Part shown: positions 39,380 to 51,183 of the stretch, piece by piece | Numbering within the stretch: the first letter of the stretch is position 1 | How the letters are laid out: every line of letters begins with the position of its first letter | Assembly (NCBI GenBank): GCA_951406725.2 | Contig: OX597814.1 | Span: 165,850,001 to 165,914,000, forward strand | DNA length: 64,000 bases | Direction of reading: 5' to 3' | Origin: Octopus vulgaris | Lineage: Eukaryota | Notes under the pieces: generated by a model | Told to the model about the DNA's origin: nothing | What the model saw: the letters and a program-made list of their open reading frames with translations, nothing else | Databases searched by the model: none | Translations under genes and position numbers: made by a program

Positions 39380-39920
39380 AAACGATATGAAGTTTGCTGC
39401 AGGTGTCCATGAAGAAATGATAGAATTGTGCTTAAAAGTAGAAAAGGTTGTTGCTTATTTTTAACAGGGTGGTTTAAGGTCTCATCTCAAACTATGACAA
39501 ATTCTTAGTCTGAACAACTTATCTGCATTGTAATATGCTAGATTATTTCAGGGGTTATCCCAGAACATAATCAAGCATGAGCTCAAAATTAATAGCAATT
39601 TAGGGTGGTCATCAATTATGTCAAGATCTAGCCATGGAATACTTTCCAAAAAAGCAAAACCTCTAGCAAATATGACAGACCAGAGGTTACTGTGGAAATT
39701 AACAAATATTTGTTTGTGCTTTGCACATATCATATATTACAAGAGACCAGTATAACTTCAGAAGCTCGAAAGAAAAGACTTCATTATCCCCAATGATTAC
39801 AAAAGTGATGAAGCAATAATACCAGGACTATTCCAGGTCCAATCATTGGGTAGATTATGTGGACAATTTTAGCAATCATCATGGTATCATTAACCACTCA
39901 ATATATGTACATCCAGTTTT
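39380..39920 (+). pseudogene. Possible highly decayed hAT transposase relic
   Basis: Fragments LCLKVEKVVAYF*QGGLRSHLK and VEINKYL resemble hAT (Hermes-like) transposase segments; many stops and frameshifts. Confidence 0.3.
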
Positions 39921-40690
39921 GAGTCAGAGTAATCCAAATGTTAGTACATTTAATGTAATCTTCTGGCAAACTCAGCATTGGGTCTTTGAATGAGGGTACA
40001 GTTTAACAGATGGATTTTCAGTTTCCATCAAGCCAATTTTACTCACAGGCTTTGGTCTACACCTAAGGTTATGTAGGTGTTGACTAGTGAGACTGAAAAG
40101 GTTAAACTATTCAGCCATGTGTCTACAAGAGCCACTGAGGGAGCCTTTATTTGGTCACTCAACTTACTAATAATAGTAACTAAATCTTCAGATCACACCC
40201 TACTGGCTTGAAAAAAGGGAAGGACACATTTTATAACTTATTCTTAGATACCCCTAAAGAGAAAATGTGGATGGGTAAAAGGCCTTTGACCAGTGGTGTG
40301 AACTAGAACTAAACCACAACTTGCGTAAATTGTACTTTCCAGACCAGCTATGTCTCATAAACTCTCACTATATATAATATACAATTGCAGTTACTATCAT
40401 GAAGACAATGAAATTTTAGTTTTAACTGCCACTTATAACAAAAATAAAATAAATCTTTTATTATTGAGGAGTTAAACTAATTATGTAGATAAAATTTTGA
40501 CAATTATTTTCTTCGTATAGTATTCCTTATTTTTTTTTTTCCAACCATGAATAATTTGCAGTCTCTTTTGTAACACCTAGCAGTAATAAAGATCCCCAAC
40601 ATAGATTTATTTCTAAATCGCTTCTTCGTTTCCATGATCCCATGAAAGTGAAAGTATAAAAGTGTTTGTTCGTCATGATGCTGACATAAG

Positions 40691-40789
40691 TTCCTTGTTT
40701 TTCCTGATGAGAAGACGGCATAATGCACCCTTTATTCCTTCGGAATTAAGAATATGCAGTCTTCAAAACATATGTCAAGAATAAAGGAA
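40691..40789 (+). ncRNA. Type-I hammerhead ribozyme motif, degenerate (G12A), probably from a Penelope-like element or retrozyme
   Basis: Helix I 5' strand 40691-40703; CTGATGA 40704-40710; helix II GAAGAC/GTCTTC (40711-16/40759-64), extended by GCATA/TATGC; AAAAC in place of GAAAC (40765-69); palindromic loop ATAT; GTC cleavage triplet 40774-76; helix I 3' strand AAGAAtaAAGGAA. Confidence 0.7.
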
Positions 40790-40935
40790 TTTTGTTAAAT
40801 CGTCGTTCGACTCCATTCTTTCTTTCATTTATTTATATATATATATATATATCAACAATTGAGGGTAAAATTAATTAATTAATCAATTTCACCAAGTGTT
40901 CAGTATGTAAAAGGACCATTTAAGGCGAATTCAAA

Positions 40936-40994
40936 ATATTACATTATATAATTAGGGCTTAGTATATTTTACTAAGCCCTAATTATATAATGTA

Positions 40995-40998
<4 letters not shown>
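40936..40998. repeat. Perfect 29-bp hairpin
   Basis: ATATTACATTATATAATTAGGGCTTAGTA-tattt-TACTAAGCCCTAATTATATAATGTAATAT. Confidence 0.9.
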
Positions 40999-41033
<35 letters not shown>

Positions 41034-43696
41034 TATAGATATGGGTTGCCAACTATTACAACTATTAGGCTGTGGATCCTTTGGTAACAGGCTACACAAT
41101 ACGAATAAATTTTTTAATTTTATTTCTATTTTATTAGCTATTGTTTTATTGTAAAACAACATCGTTGACTTACACAACAGTTTTTCTTGGAAGATGACAA
41201 TTTCTTGCGACAAACTCTTTTGGTACAGCTCCACAGTATCCACCTGCACAATGTGGGTCTTCAATGAGCTCACCACACCCATAAAGAAGTTGAATACAAT
41301 GAGGGTCATAATTTATCAGAAAAGCAATTATGACTCTGGTATTTTATATTCGTTATTCTAACTTTCTTCTATTAATAATCAATAAGCTAACATGATTTGA
41401 ACTCAGAATGTAAAGAGCTGGGAGAAATGCCACTAAATATTTTGTCTGATGCAATTCAGCCAGCTTAATAATAAGCTTTCTACTAAAGGTACAAAGCATG
41501 AAATTTGGGGAGAGGGGGCTAGTTGATTAATACCTAATGAATTGGAAGAAATGCCACTTAGTATTTTGTTTGACACCCAACTTGACACCCAGAAAATAAT
41601 AATTCTTTCTGATTTTGACACAAGACCAGCAATTTTGAGAGTAGGGGTTAATTGATTACATTGACCCCAATACTTGACTGGTAGTTTGTTTTATCAACCC
41701 CTTAGGGATGGAAGGCAAAGTTGATTTAGATGGGATTTGAACACTAATAATGATAAAGAAAAAATGTGAACTATAATTAGTATACTCAATTTACTTGTTA
41801 TGTGGGGAAAAAAACAGAAATTTGCTTTGCAATGTAATCAAAATATTTGCTGGATCCAACTTCAATAACTGTTTTAAAGTTTGGCACAGTGCCAGCAATT
41901 CTGGGGGAGAGAGGGTAAGTTGATTACATCAACGGCAGTACTTGACTGGTACTTTATTTTACCGACTCCGAAAAGGATGAAAGGTGGATGCTTTAAAGTT
42001 TCAAGGCGGCATTCCACTGTTCATTTTTGTTCTTTATTTCATTCTGTAAGAAAACATTTTCACTTAACGGCCTGGAAAATACATCTGACAAGCAATTTTT
42101 TTACTTTCATGGACCCTGGAAACAAAGAAGCACCAGCACAATTTCACAAATTTTGAACAAGGGAATAGTCAAATCGATCTCAATACTTAATTGATACTTA
42201 TTTTATAAATCTCGACGTGGTTTGAACTAAGAACGTAAAGGGGAAACAACTAAGTATTGAAAACTGCTTTATCGATTCTTTCATTCATCACTAATAATTT
42301 CTTTAAATTTTGATAATTTTTTTTACAAATACACCTGCCTCACAATGAGAGGGTGGTTTACCAAGAGAACGGGTGATTTTCGATGATTTTGAGATTCAGA
42401 TTCATTCAAAATATATAAAAAAACAAACTTAGGACAAACATAAATATCACCTTCAAAATGAGATAAGTGCAACAGAAAAAATTTACTTTTTATCTACTAC
42501 AAAATTTGATGGAGTGTGTTCGATCAAATCGACCACAGTACTGCATTAATAATGAAAGATGTGTGTGTGTGTGTGTGGAAGTGGGTACGTGTGTGGCGCG
42601 CCTGTTTCGCTTTTAGACTCGAACTTATTTTATAAGGATGGGATATAGAAACTTTGCGACGCTCGTATCTTCAAATTACACAAAATAAAATACCGTCAGG
42701 ACTGAATACAAATTGAGGAATTAGTGATATCAATTGTAAACAAAAAAAAATATTCAGTTATGTAGAGGAATGTACGGAATAAGGAACGGTACGGCTAATG
42801 AGAATGTGCATTATTCATACCATTTCTAACGGTATTACGCAACAAACAGAAATGGAATCTTCACAGCTAACTACGAATTTATTACAAGGACTCAAATTTA
42901 TTAACAAAGGAATTAGATATTCATAATTTCCTAAAGAGTGTTAGCAACTTGAAGTAAAATAACTTTTTCAGGTCACTTAGCTCTACATGTCAGAGAAAGC
43001 ACGTGGTCTGTCCCAGATGATATAACGCATCACAATCTATTCTAAACAAAGAGATATATCAAGAGCTAACGGTTTCACTTCTGTATTTTATGAAGTGGAG
43101 TTTTATTTACATGATATATAATAAATGTGACAAACATTAAAAATAATTTTTCTTTATATATTTTTACCATCTGAATGACTGGTTATGCACGTCCTATTTT
43201 GTGATATACATTTGGCACAAAAAATATTTTTGTGATCAGCAATATCTGTGAAACTGAGTAGAAACAGAGTAATCTCAGCTGTTTAATAAATTATTACACA
43301 CTTATTTCTGTTTTGAATATTTTTTTCATCTCTTGTTTGTCGTAAACTCAACAATACATAGATAGCAAGCTAACAAAGGCACACACATACATTGATAGAT
43401 ATTGATAAAATAAAGACACTCATATACATAAATATGAGATTTAGCACGAGTTACGTGACAAGTGACACTGGCTAAACTCTGAGTAGTAACCAGTACCTTC
43501 AAACATTAATAGCGTGAGCACACGGGGCTGTGCATGTGTGTGTAATTGCTAAAGGGCCTATGAGACCTTCTGACTACTAGGATGTCCTCGAACTCTGCAG
43601 CACTCATCACCAAGAAGGAAGTAAATGAAACTGATTTAAAAACTTAAACAGAAGAAATCGAGAAACGATAGATTTTTAAATTGTTTAAAACGTCAC

Positions 43697-43789
43697 CTTT
43701 GTAAAAGCAACACAAGCAGCCGATGAACCGAGATGTAGGCCGAATCCTGCAGAGCCCACCGCTCCAGCCTGCACAGCCGGTGAAGCCAT
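43697..43789 (-). CDS. HSPA14: Heat shock 70 kDa protein 14 (RAC subunit), coding exon 1 of 14
   Basis: MASPAVQAGAVGSAGFGLHLGSSAACVAFTK, then gtgacg donor. GxHLG in place of GIDLG is typical of HSPA14. Confidence 0.9.
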
Positions 43790-44553
43790 GGCTGAGACGA
43801 TAGAAAGCTTTTCAGTGTTAAGTGTTTCCTTACTTTCTTCTCTGGATTCTTTGCTTTACTTAAGAAGATTATGATGATGATGATGACGAAGGGAGATAAT
43901 CGGTGCCATCATTTTTTTTTTCATAAAGTGGAACTCTCTAATTTAGACGCCACTTCGTTGACTTGAAGAAGTTTAGACGAGAATCTCGCCGAATAAAACC
44001 GGCATCAAGAGATGACCAATGATTGAACGCCAAGTCTACTGACGTCACAGAGTCAACACGCTGACGGGGCACATTGGCAGAGGCCCACATATACAGAAAG
44101 TGACAGCGCTGAAATAATAAGCTTGACAATTCAGTCCGCATAGCAGAAACATATAAAATCGGCTACGCGTGTGATTTTTAAGACAGTAAGCAATATACAT
44201 CGCGAGTGTAATCAATTGGAGATTAAACCCAGTATATATCTCTGTAAATAGACAAAAACACATATAAATACATAACACTCGAGAAGTACAAAAAAAATTA
44301 TTGCAGACGTTATAATACAATATCTCATTAGTTTAAAATATATTCCATTCCGTAATTGAAAGTATCCAAGAAAAGAAATCTCTACAACAAAGCGATTGCT
44401 CCACGGAGTTTGTAATCATCCCTAGCATATTTCCGATCTCCGCCCCTACAGAAAGAAGGAAAATCTCAAGATCTGGTTACATTGTCAAGTGACAAGTTGT
44501 CAACGTCTCTTCTTTCTCATTCTCTTAGTTTCATCGATCCGTTTGATTTTAAA
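43790..44553. promoter_or_regulatory. Bidirectional promoter region shared by HSPA14 and MANF/CDNF, with CRE and ERSE-like elements
   Basis: 764 bp between divergent ATGs, CpG-richer than the flanks. CCAAT-N9-CCAAG at 44016-44034, TGACGTCA at 44040-44047, TGACGGGG at 44062-44069, ATTGC-T-CCACG at 44395-44405. Confidence 0.65.
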
Positions 44554-44641
44554 ATGAAGTTATTGCTACTGGTAACAGCTTTGTTTGCTGTCTGTAACAT
44601 TCTGTCGGAGACTCTGGTCGCTGCTGAAACCCGGTGTGAAG
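44554..44641 (+). CDS. MANF: MANF/CDNF (ARMET) family neurotrophic/ER-stress protein, exon 1 of 4 (signal peptide)
   Basis: MKLLLLVTALFAVCNILSETLVAAETRCE: hydrophobic signal peptide, then the first conserved Cys; G|gtaagt donor. Confidence 0.88.
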
Positions 44642-45099
44642 GTAAGTGTACATAGAATAACTTTGTGAAGTAACTTTAAAGTGCAAGTTTGATGTACTTG
44701 TTCACACACATAATGTGCGTGTTGAAATATACGTGTATATTCTTATAATCTGATGCGAATACTAATAGGTGTGGCAAAAACTTTGCACGTCTTAAAGTCT
44801 TTCCATCTCTCTGTGTGTATGTATACATATATGTGTGTGTGTAAGAGAGCACACGCACAACATTCATATGTATACAGAGCAAACACTATCCAGTCAGATT
44901 TTTATTATGTAATCCTCAAATTGTCATCATATCGCTAAATGTACTTTTGCGGGTCTCTGGTTTTCACTTTCCATGACGTAACTTAGACTATATCTTTAAC
45001 CTATCATTTGCTCGCTCGGGAATAAGATATCTGTATGTACTTCCCAAAATTTACCTCTCTATATACACACACACAACATATCTATATATATATACACAC

Positions 45100-45139
<40 letters not shown>

Positions 45140-48100
45140 AACATAAATACATACATACACGCAGGCCTATACACGTTTTTTTAAAACTTCTGTGCCGCGT
45201 TTTAATCCAAATGTTTTTGTGCGTATAAAGTATAGGGAAAAAGAAAACCTATAACGACAGATCTCTCGTATTTTGGAAAATAAATGACAGACTTTTGAAA
45301 TATCCGTCCCTCGAACTCCCATACTTCATAAGAAAAGTGTGCGCAAAGGAGGTGGGGGCAAAAATGTAAAAAGGCTTCTTTTTTTTTTTTTTTTTCCTTC
45401 TTCAAATTCCAGGGAACAAAGAAATTTCACATAACTGTTTGGATCCTGTATTTATTGATTTATGTGGTGGTAAATTATTCCTACGGTATTTAGTTACGGC
45501 CCTTTCTGTTCGGTGCTGAAACCTTGTCTGTCATCTTTACCTTTCATCCTTGCGGTGTTGATAAAATAAAGTACCAGTTAACTATTGTTTTTATGTAATG
45601 TTCCTATAAAGCATCCTAGATGTGAATGGTATTATGATCGAAAAGACATGACCGTATATTTGGTAAAAGTGATTTACATTTTTTTTTTTTTCATCAATTT
45701 CTTGGAGGAGAATAAGTTGTCCATGACCTTTTCAGGGCCTCCGTGATTGATGGAAAAGGAATAAATTATCCTCAGTGACCGAGGGCTTATATCGGATCAT
45801 TTTTGATTCACCTATTTGAACAAAACCGGACACAGCGAACAAAAAGCAAAAAAGTTCCCTTGGCCCAAAGACCTGCCAACAGAGGACTTCGTCGAAAGTA
45901 CTTGCGGGGCCTTGTGCTTTTTTAAACCTCTCACCCAAGAAAAGACTCTTCTACAGACTTTCATTCAGTGTCCGAATACTAAATTTCACTCGTTGAGACC
46001 GCTTGACCCGCAAATGTAGTAGAAAACACTTTCCCAAGATTTGCGCTTTTGAATCGAACTTGAAACCGCAATTACGAAGGTAACTTCTTAATTGCATAAC
46101 TGTGTCTGTTCCCCAAGCACATCTTCACATTTTGTTCCAAATTTCTGTACAAGCAATTTAGCAACGTATCCACCAGGTATTGCAACAATGCCACTTTCAA
46201 CGTTGAACATATCGATCCACTTTCACTTTGTCATTTTCGTTTAGCGGCCGACAGTCCTGGAGTGAACTTTCAGCAGATTGGCACGCATTTACTTACAATT
46301 ATTTGAAAATATATTTGTGTGTTGTCCACTGTTCATATTAAGTTTTCCGAAGTCCATCTTGGCTCAGGATACAGTTATTACAAATCTTGGCTCTATCCTG
46401 ATATCCAGATTGGGCTCACTAATGACTTAAATATTGGCGTCCTTTTCAAAGTTCTGACCAACTTTTCTAAGTTGGAGTTAAGAATTCTCTTATTTCTTAT
46501 TCGAGGGCTAACCTTTCATATCCAAATGAGCCATCTCAATATATTAATGGTATTTTACCAATACGCTGAAGAATGAACAGTTAAGTTGACATCCTGTAGA
46601 CAAGGGAGTGGGTGCAAGATTAGTAACCGGGGTAAAATGAGTATTTTCTGATTACTCGTTATTTTCTCCCTACCTATTTGAAATCATTACATTACAAGTA
46701 TTGCATCATCATTTTGTACTGTTGCATCATCTTTAAAGGTAAAAATTGGTCAGTTGTTGATGTTGAGCAAGTTTGGAAAATAGTCAAGTACTTTTCTTTT
46801 TTCAAGAATTTTTTCCTCAACATTGTAATGAAGGTTGCTAAAATATCTGGATAATTTTTGGTGTTTAACACTCAATATTCTTTTCTCTGAATTTCAAATC
46901 AATTTTCCCCCCACATTAATGTCTAATTTGATGATTTTCAATTTTCAAAAAATGGTGTCAAAAATGGGGTAAAATGAGTTGTGCCTAATTTCAATAATTT
47001 CCTCTCTTCAACTGCATGATGCATAAATATATCATGAAAAGAGCCACTCCAGTAGATCATGAAGAAGCTATAGAATATGTTTTATGTTGAGTTTTTTGAT
47101 TTAGCCAAGTTTTGTTAATTTTATATCATGTACCATTTTTCCATGATACTCATTCATTTGATCTAGATATTTAAAATTTTTGTTACATTTCTGATCCTTC
47201 TGATGTCTATGAGTCTATTTTCAGATATAATTCTGAAGAATTGAAGCAGCAAATTTACCATATCTTGGCTTACTCATTTTGCCCCAGAGAATGGTGATAG
47301 TTTTCTGAAATAGTGTTCAGATTGTTATAATGTTTCTAATGCATTTAGAGAAGGTCATTTGCTTAGCTGAAATAGTTTTTATTAGGTTGTGAACCTAATA
47401 AAATATATTTTTTATCACAGTCAAAAATGCAGTATAAACTCTTCATTGTTGCCACACACCCCATGTAACTAGAGTGAAGAACTGCAACCACTGTATTGTA
47501 GTTTACTCAATCATTCAAGTCTTTTACTTAATATCTTCCCAGTACCTATTGCATCAGTTCTTCTATGTTTAACATTGAGTAGTTGTAGAAATCTATAAAT
47601 ATTGTCCATTTGTATTATGACCATCAAGGAAAGAGTGATATTGGATCAGAAACTAAGATATAAGATTGCTATGATTAATATGGAGCAAGAAGTATTGAGA
47701 GATTAATGTACTGAGAAGTTAATGGGGAGCAGTCTCCAAAATAAAAATCTTTTGTAAGGTTTGTTTTGTATGAACACAGGAAAGAGCTGGAATATTTCTT
47801 GATTCTAAAAAGAAATTGATGCAATTTTGTCATTATTTTTAATGGCTCTGTTGTGTTTGTGGGGGAAGAATAAGTAGGTTCTATAAGACGAATGGCAGAT
47901 GTGTAGTGAAGAGGATCTTATAAGCTAATGATTGTTCTTCCTGAGCAGGAAAGCTTTGGTAACACTTTGTCTCCTACGTTTACTGTTCAAAATTGTTAAC
48001 CATTACCTAAAAAAGGAAGATATGTGAATGCATCCATATTCATTGTTGTAAAAATAAAATATAGAAGCTGCTTAAAATTGGGAGGATGTAGAGAGTGTAC

Positions 48101-49035
48101 GGTTATGTCGTGTGCATGTTGGACATAGGGATTGGCAAATTGTTAAAGTAGAAAGCAAGCTTGGGAGCCAACATGCTATATAGGATAATGCTGTATTTGA
48201 GGAGTGTAGAATTAAGGAAACACTTTTGAAGTGAGTGGATCTGATGCAACCAGCAAGAAAGTTTCAAATGTAGGGTATTTGTTTTGGGCTTAATCAAGAT
48301 TCTCTAGAGTTCAAGACCATTTTTATATCCTAGATATCATTTATAGAAAAAGCTCAATGCTCATGATCATTAGTGATTAGCACTTTTTTATCTCAGAAGA
48401 CTTGTTCTCTAAGTTTGTGCTATATTCTTCTCTAAAACACTTGTTCTTCAAATGCTTTACATGTAGTAAGACATCATGGGTAAATTATTTTCTTGACAGA
48501 ATATAAAAATTATTGAAAGTGAAAGGTGTTAGCTGTCTCGACAACAAACAGTGATATACCAATGTAATTGCTCTACCTTTTAGAATTAACATAAAGACAC
48601 ACAAACTTCCAGAAGATTGGTACACATTTACTTAAAATTTTGGAAAAAAAAATTGTGTTTGTCAGGACACAGCTAGCACAGATCTTGACTCTGTCCTGAT
48701 ATGCAGTTTCTACGAGATGAATTCACTAATGCCTTGAGGTGGGTTGATCTGAAAGTCAATGCAACCAAAATAAAAGTTTTATTAACTGGCTTTACGAGTG
48801 AGCAGAAGTGTGTTCGTACATGCCTCAATTACAGTAAATGGATGGGTTGGTTTAATTCAACTCTCCATCCCTACCAACCAACAAATCCAACAAGTGACAC
48901 ATAAATATAACCCATGGTACTATAAGACTGGCATGTAGTCCATATTCCTGAAAAGGCATCACACACCATATTAAGATCTAGTATTTAGTTCTTTGCTGCC
49001 TCTGTGAAATTTGATTTATATATACTGTCATTTAA

Positions 49036-50103
49036 CTCTTTCGTTACTATATTTCTGACCAAAATACACCCCTTATGTGTTTCAATTAATTTCTAACATA
49101 ATCATAAATTTAGTCTGGTTTCATTAAACAACTATAACTTTTTTATTTATCAATATATTAATGTGATTTTTGGAAGATAATTTAATGAAATGTTCTCAAC
49201 CAATTCTATACTATAATTTTTGTTGCAAAGTGACTTTAATTGCAGGTAAATTCAACAAAATATAAAATTAATAAAATTTTGTTCAAACATCGCTATAGAA
49301 AATGGGTTATTAGCTAATATTCAATTGGGTATACAACAAAATTTTACGATAGAATTTGTTATTCTGGGTAACTTTCTGATACCCATAATAATATTTATGG
49401 CAAAATAGTCTTAATTCCATTTAAGGTTGTGGGAAACCAGTAACTATCCTTTCTTTCGCTTTGTTTACATTTAGCGTAACGGTTCGTTTCCGCCGTAATG
49501 ATTTCAAATAGGCTCATTCGAAAAAGTAAAAAGAAATAGTCTAAGGCTTTACTCTCCTGGGAAAGTCTGTGGCTTGGTCCAGTTTCTTCAGAAAAATCGC
49601 CAAAAGAAACAGTTTTTAAATTTTCACTCCATTCAGGTGCCAATTCATTTTCTTTATCGCTGTTGGAGCTCTCGGATTCACTGTTTTCACTTTCGGAAAA
49701 TGAAGCCTCAGATTTATTATCAAATACCATGTGCTTTTTTTTTTCAGTCATAGAGTTAGATTTATCAAGGTCTTCAGTAGAAAATCCTTCGAATTCTGAC
49801 TCGCTGCTTGATATAATGAAATTCGTATCCAATTTTTGTCAGAATTACAAATTTTGAAAACACAATAGGAACAAATTTCGGGAAAAAATCTCCCAAAATT
49901 CACGGAATTAAAATTACACTTCGATCGTTGTACAAAACCGTAGATGAACTGTTTACGAAGTATAATCACATGTTTTCATGAATGTACTAAAGAGATTTGC
50001 TCTGATATTCTCATTTAAATATGAATAGGTAAATACGGGCGGGTTTGGGCGCATTAACCAAAATTTTTTTCGGGTGGCTTTGGGCGGTTTGGTAACGAAA
50101 GGG
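49036..50103 (-). mobile_element. piggyBac internally deleted DNA transposon (same family as 18418-19513) in MANF intron 1
   Basis: TTAA flanks and matching TIR/subterminal sequence. ORF 49395-49832(-) encodes an acidic piggyBac N-terminus plus ALDYFFLLF...IITAETNRYA...WFPTT. Confidence 0.9.
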
Positions 50104-50401
50104 TTAAAGGTATTTGATAACAGATGTTTGAGAAAAATATTGCATGTTCACTTTGTTGATCAAATGCAGGTGTTTGCATTTGTGAATCCACTGAACCCAT
50201 CCTAGATATTTTACCCACCCTAGATAGATATTCATTCTTGGTAGTCCATTGATCTCCAGTGAAGACGGTCTGTGGTGTCAGCAGTGAGAATGCATGTGGC
50301 ACTGCAGCCCAAAGCCAGAAGCACACAGGTGCCCACGGGTTGGACTCTGGTAGTCTGTGATCAGGACTGAGGATGATGCAGCCCAGTGACATTTGTCTCA
50401 T

Positions 50402-50830
50402 ATCATCATCATCGTTTAATATCCGCTTTCCATGCTAGCATGGGTTGGACGATTTGACTGAGGTCTGGCAAACCAGATGGCTGCACCAGACTCCTATCTG
50501 ATCTGGTAGAGTTTCTACAGCTGGATGCCTTTCCTAATGCCAACCACTCTGAGAGTGTAGTGGGTGCTTTTATATGCCAATGGCACGAGGGCCAGTCAGG
50601 CAGAACTGGCAGCAGCCACACTTAAATGGTGCTTTTTATGTGCCACCTGCACAGGAGCCAGTCCAGCAGCACTGGCAATGACCTCACTCAAATGTTTTTT
50701 TTTCACATGCCACCAGCACAAGTGCTAGTAAGGCGACACAGGTAACGATCGCGCTCAATGGTGTTTTTAACGTGCCATTGGGACGGAGGCCAGCTTGTTG
50801 CTCTGGCAACGATCTCACTCATATGGTACC
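50402..50830 (-). mobile_element. (GAT)n-tailed retroposon copy
   Basis: Reverse-complement copy with internal sub-repeats. Confidence 0.75.
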
Positions 50831-51058
50831 CGTGTATATATATATATATATACATACATACACACTCACACACACGTGTGTGTGTATAATATTTACAATG
50901 TGGACAAAACCGTTCTGAACTTTTCTACACAAGTCAATAGAGTTCATAGGAATTAAGTAAAGGGGTACAATGAAGGATGTGAAAGGGGGATATAAGAAAA
51001 ATATAAATGCACATCTCTCTGTTATTTTATCTGAATATTAATGTTTATATCTTTGCAG

Positions 51059-51183
51059 TGTGTATAAAAGAAGTTGAACTATTCCTTAAAACTGTACCTC
51101 CTGAATCCAAGTCTAATTTCAATGAACTGAACAAACTCTTTAGAGAATTCTGTAAAGGTTCCAAAAGCAAAAGAGAAAGATTT
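51059..51183 (+). CDS. MANF: MANF/CDNF exon 2 (saposin-like domain)
   Basis: VCIKEVELFLKTVPPESKSNFNELNKLFREFCKGSKSKRERF; AG/GT; CEVC motif spans the exon 1/2 junction. Confidence 0.92.

Larger units (their letters stand above)
38555..41824 (+). repeat. Direct duplication of ~430-445 bp (38555-39000 and 41394-41824)
   Basis: Near-identical sequence, e.g. ccactaaatattttgtctgatgcaattcagccagc...aaaacagaaatttg; the ORF track reports an identical peptide tail for both copies. Confidence 0.9.

Noticed and set aside
38555-41824. LTR retrotransposon interpretation of the direct repeats
   Set aside because: No TG..CA termini, PBS/PPT, TSD or gag/pol remnants.
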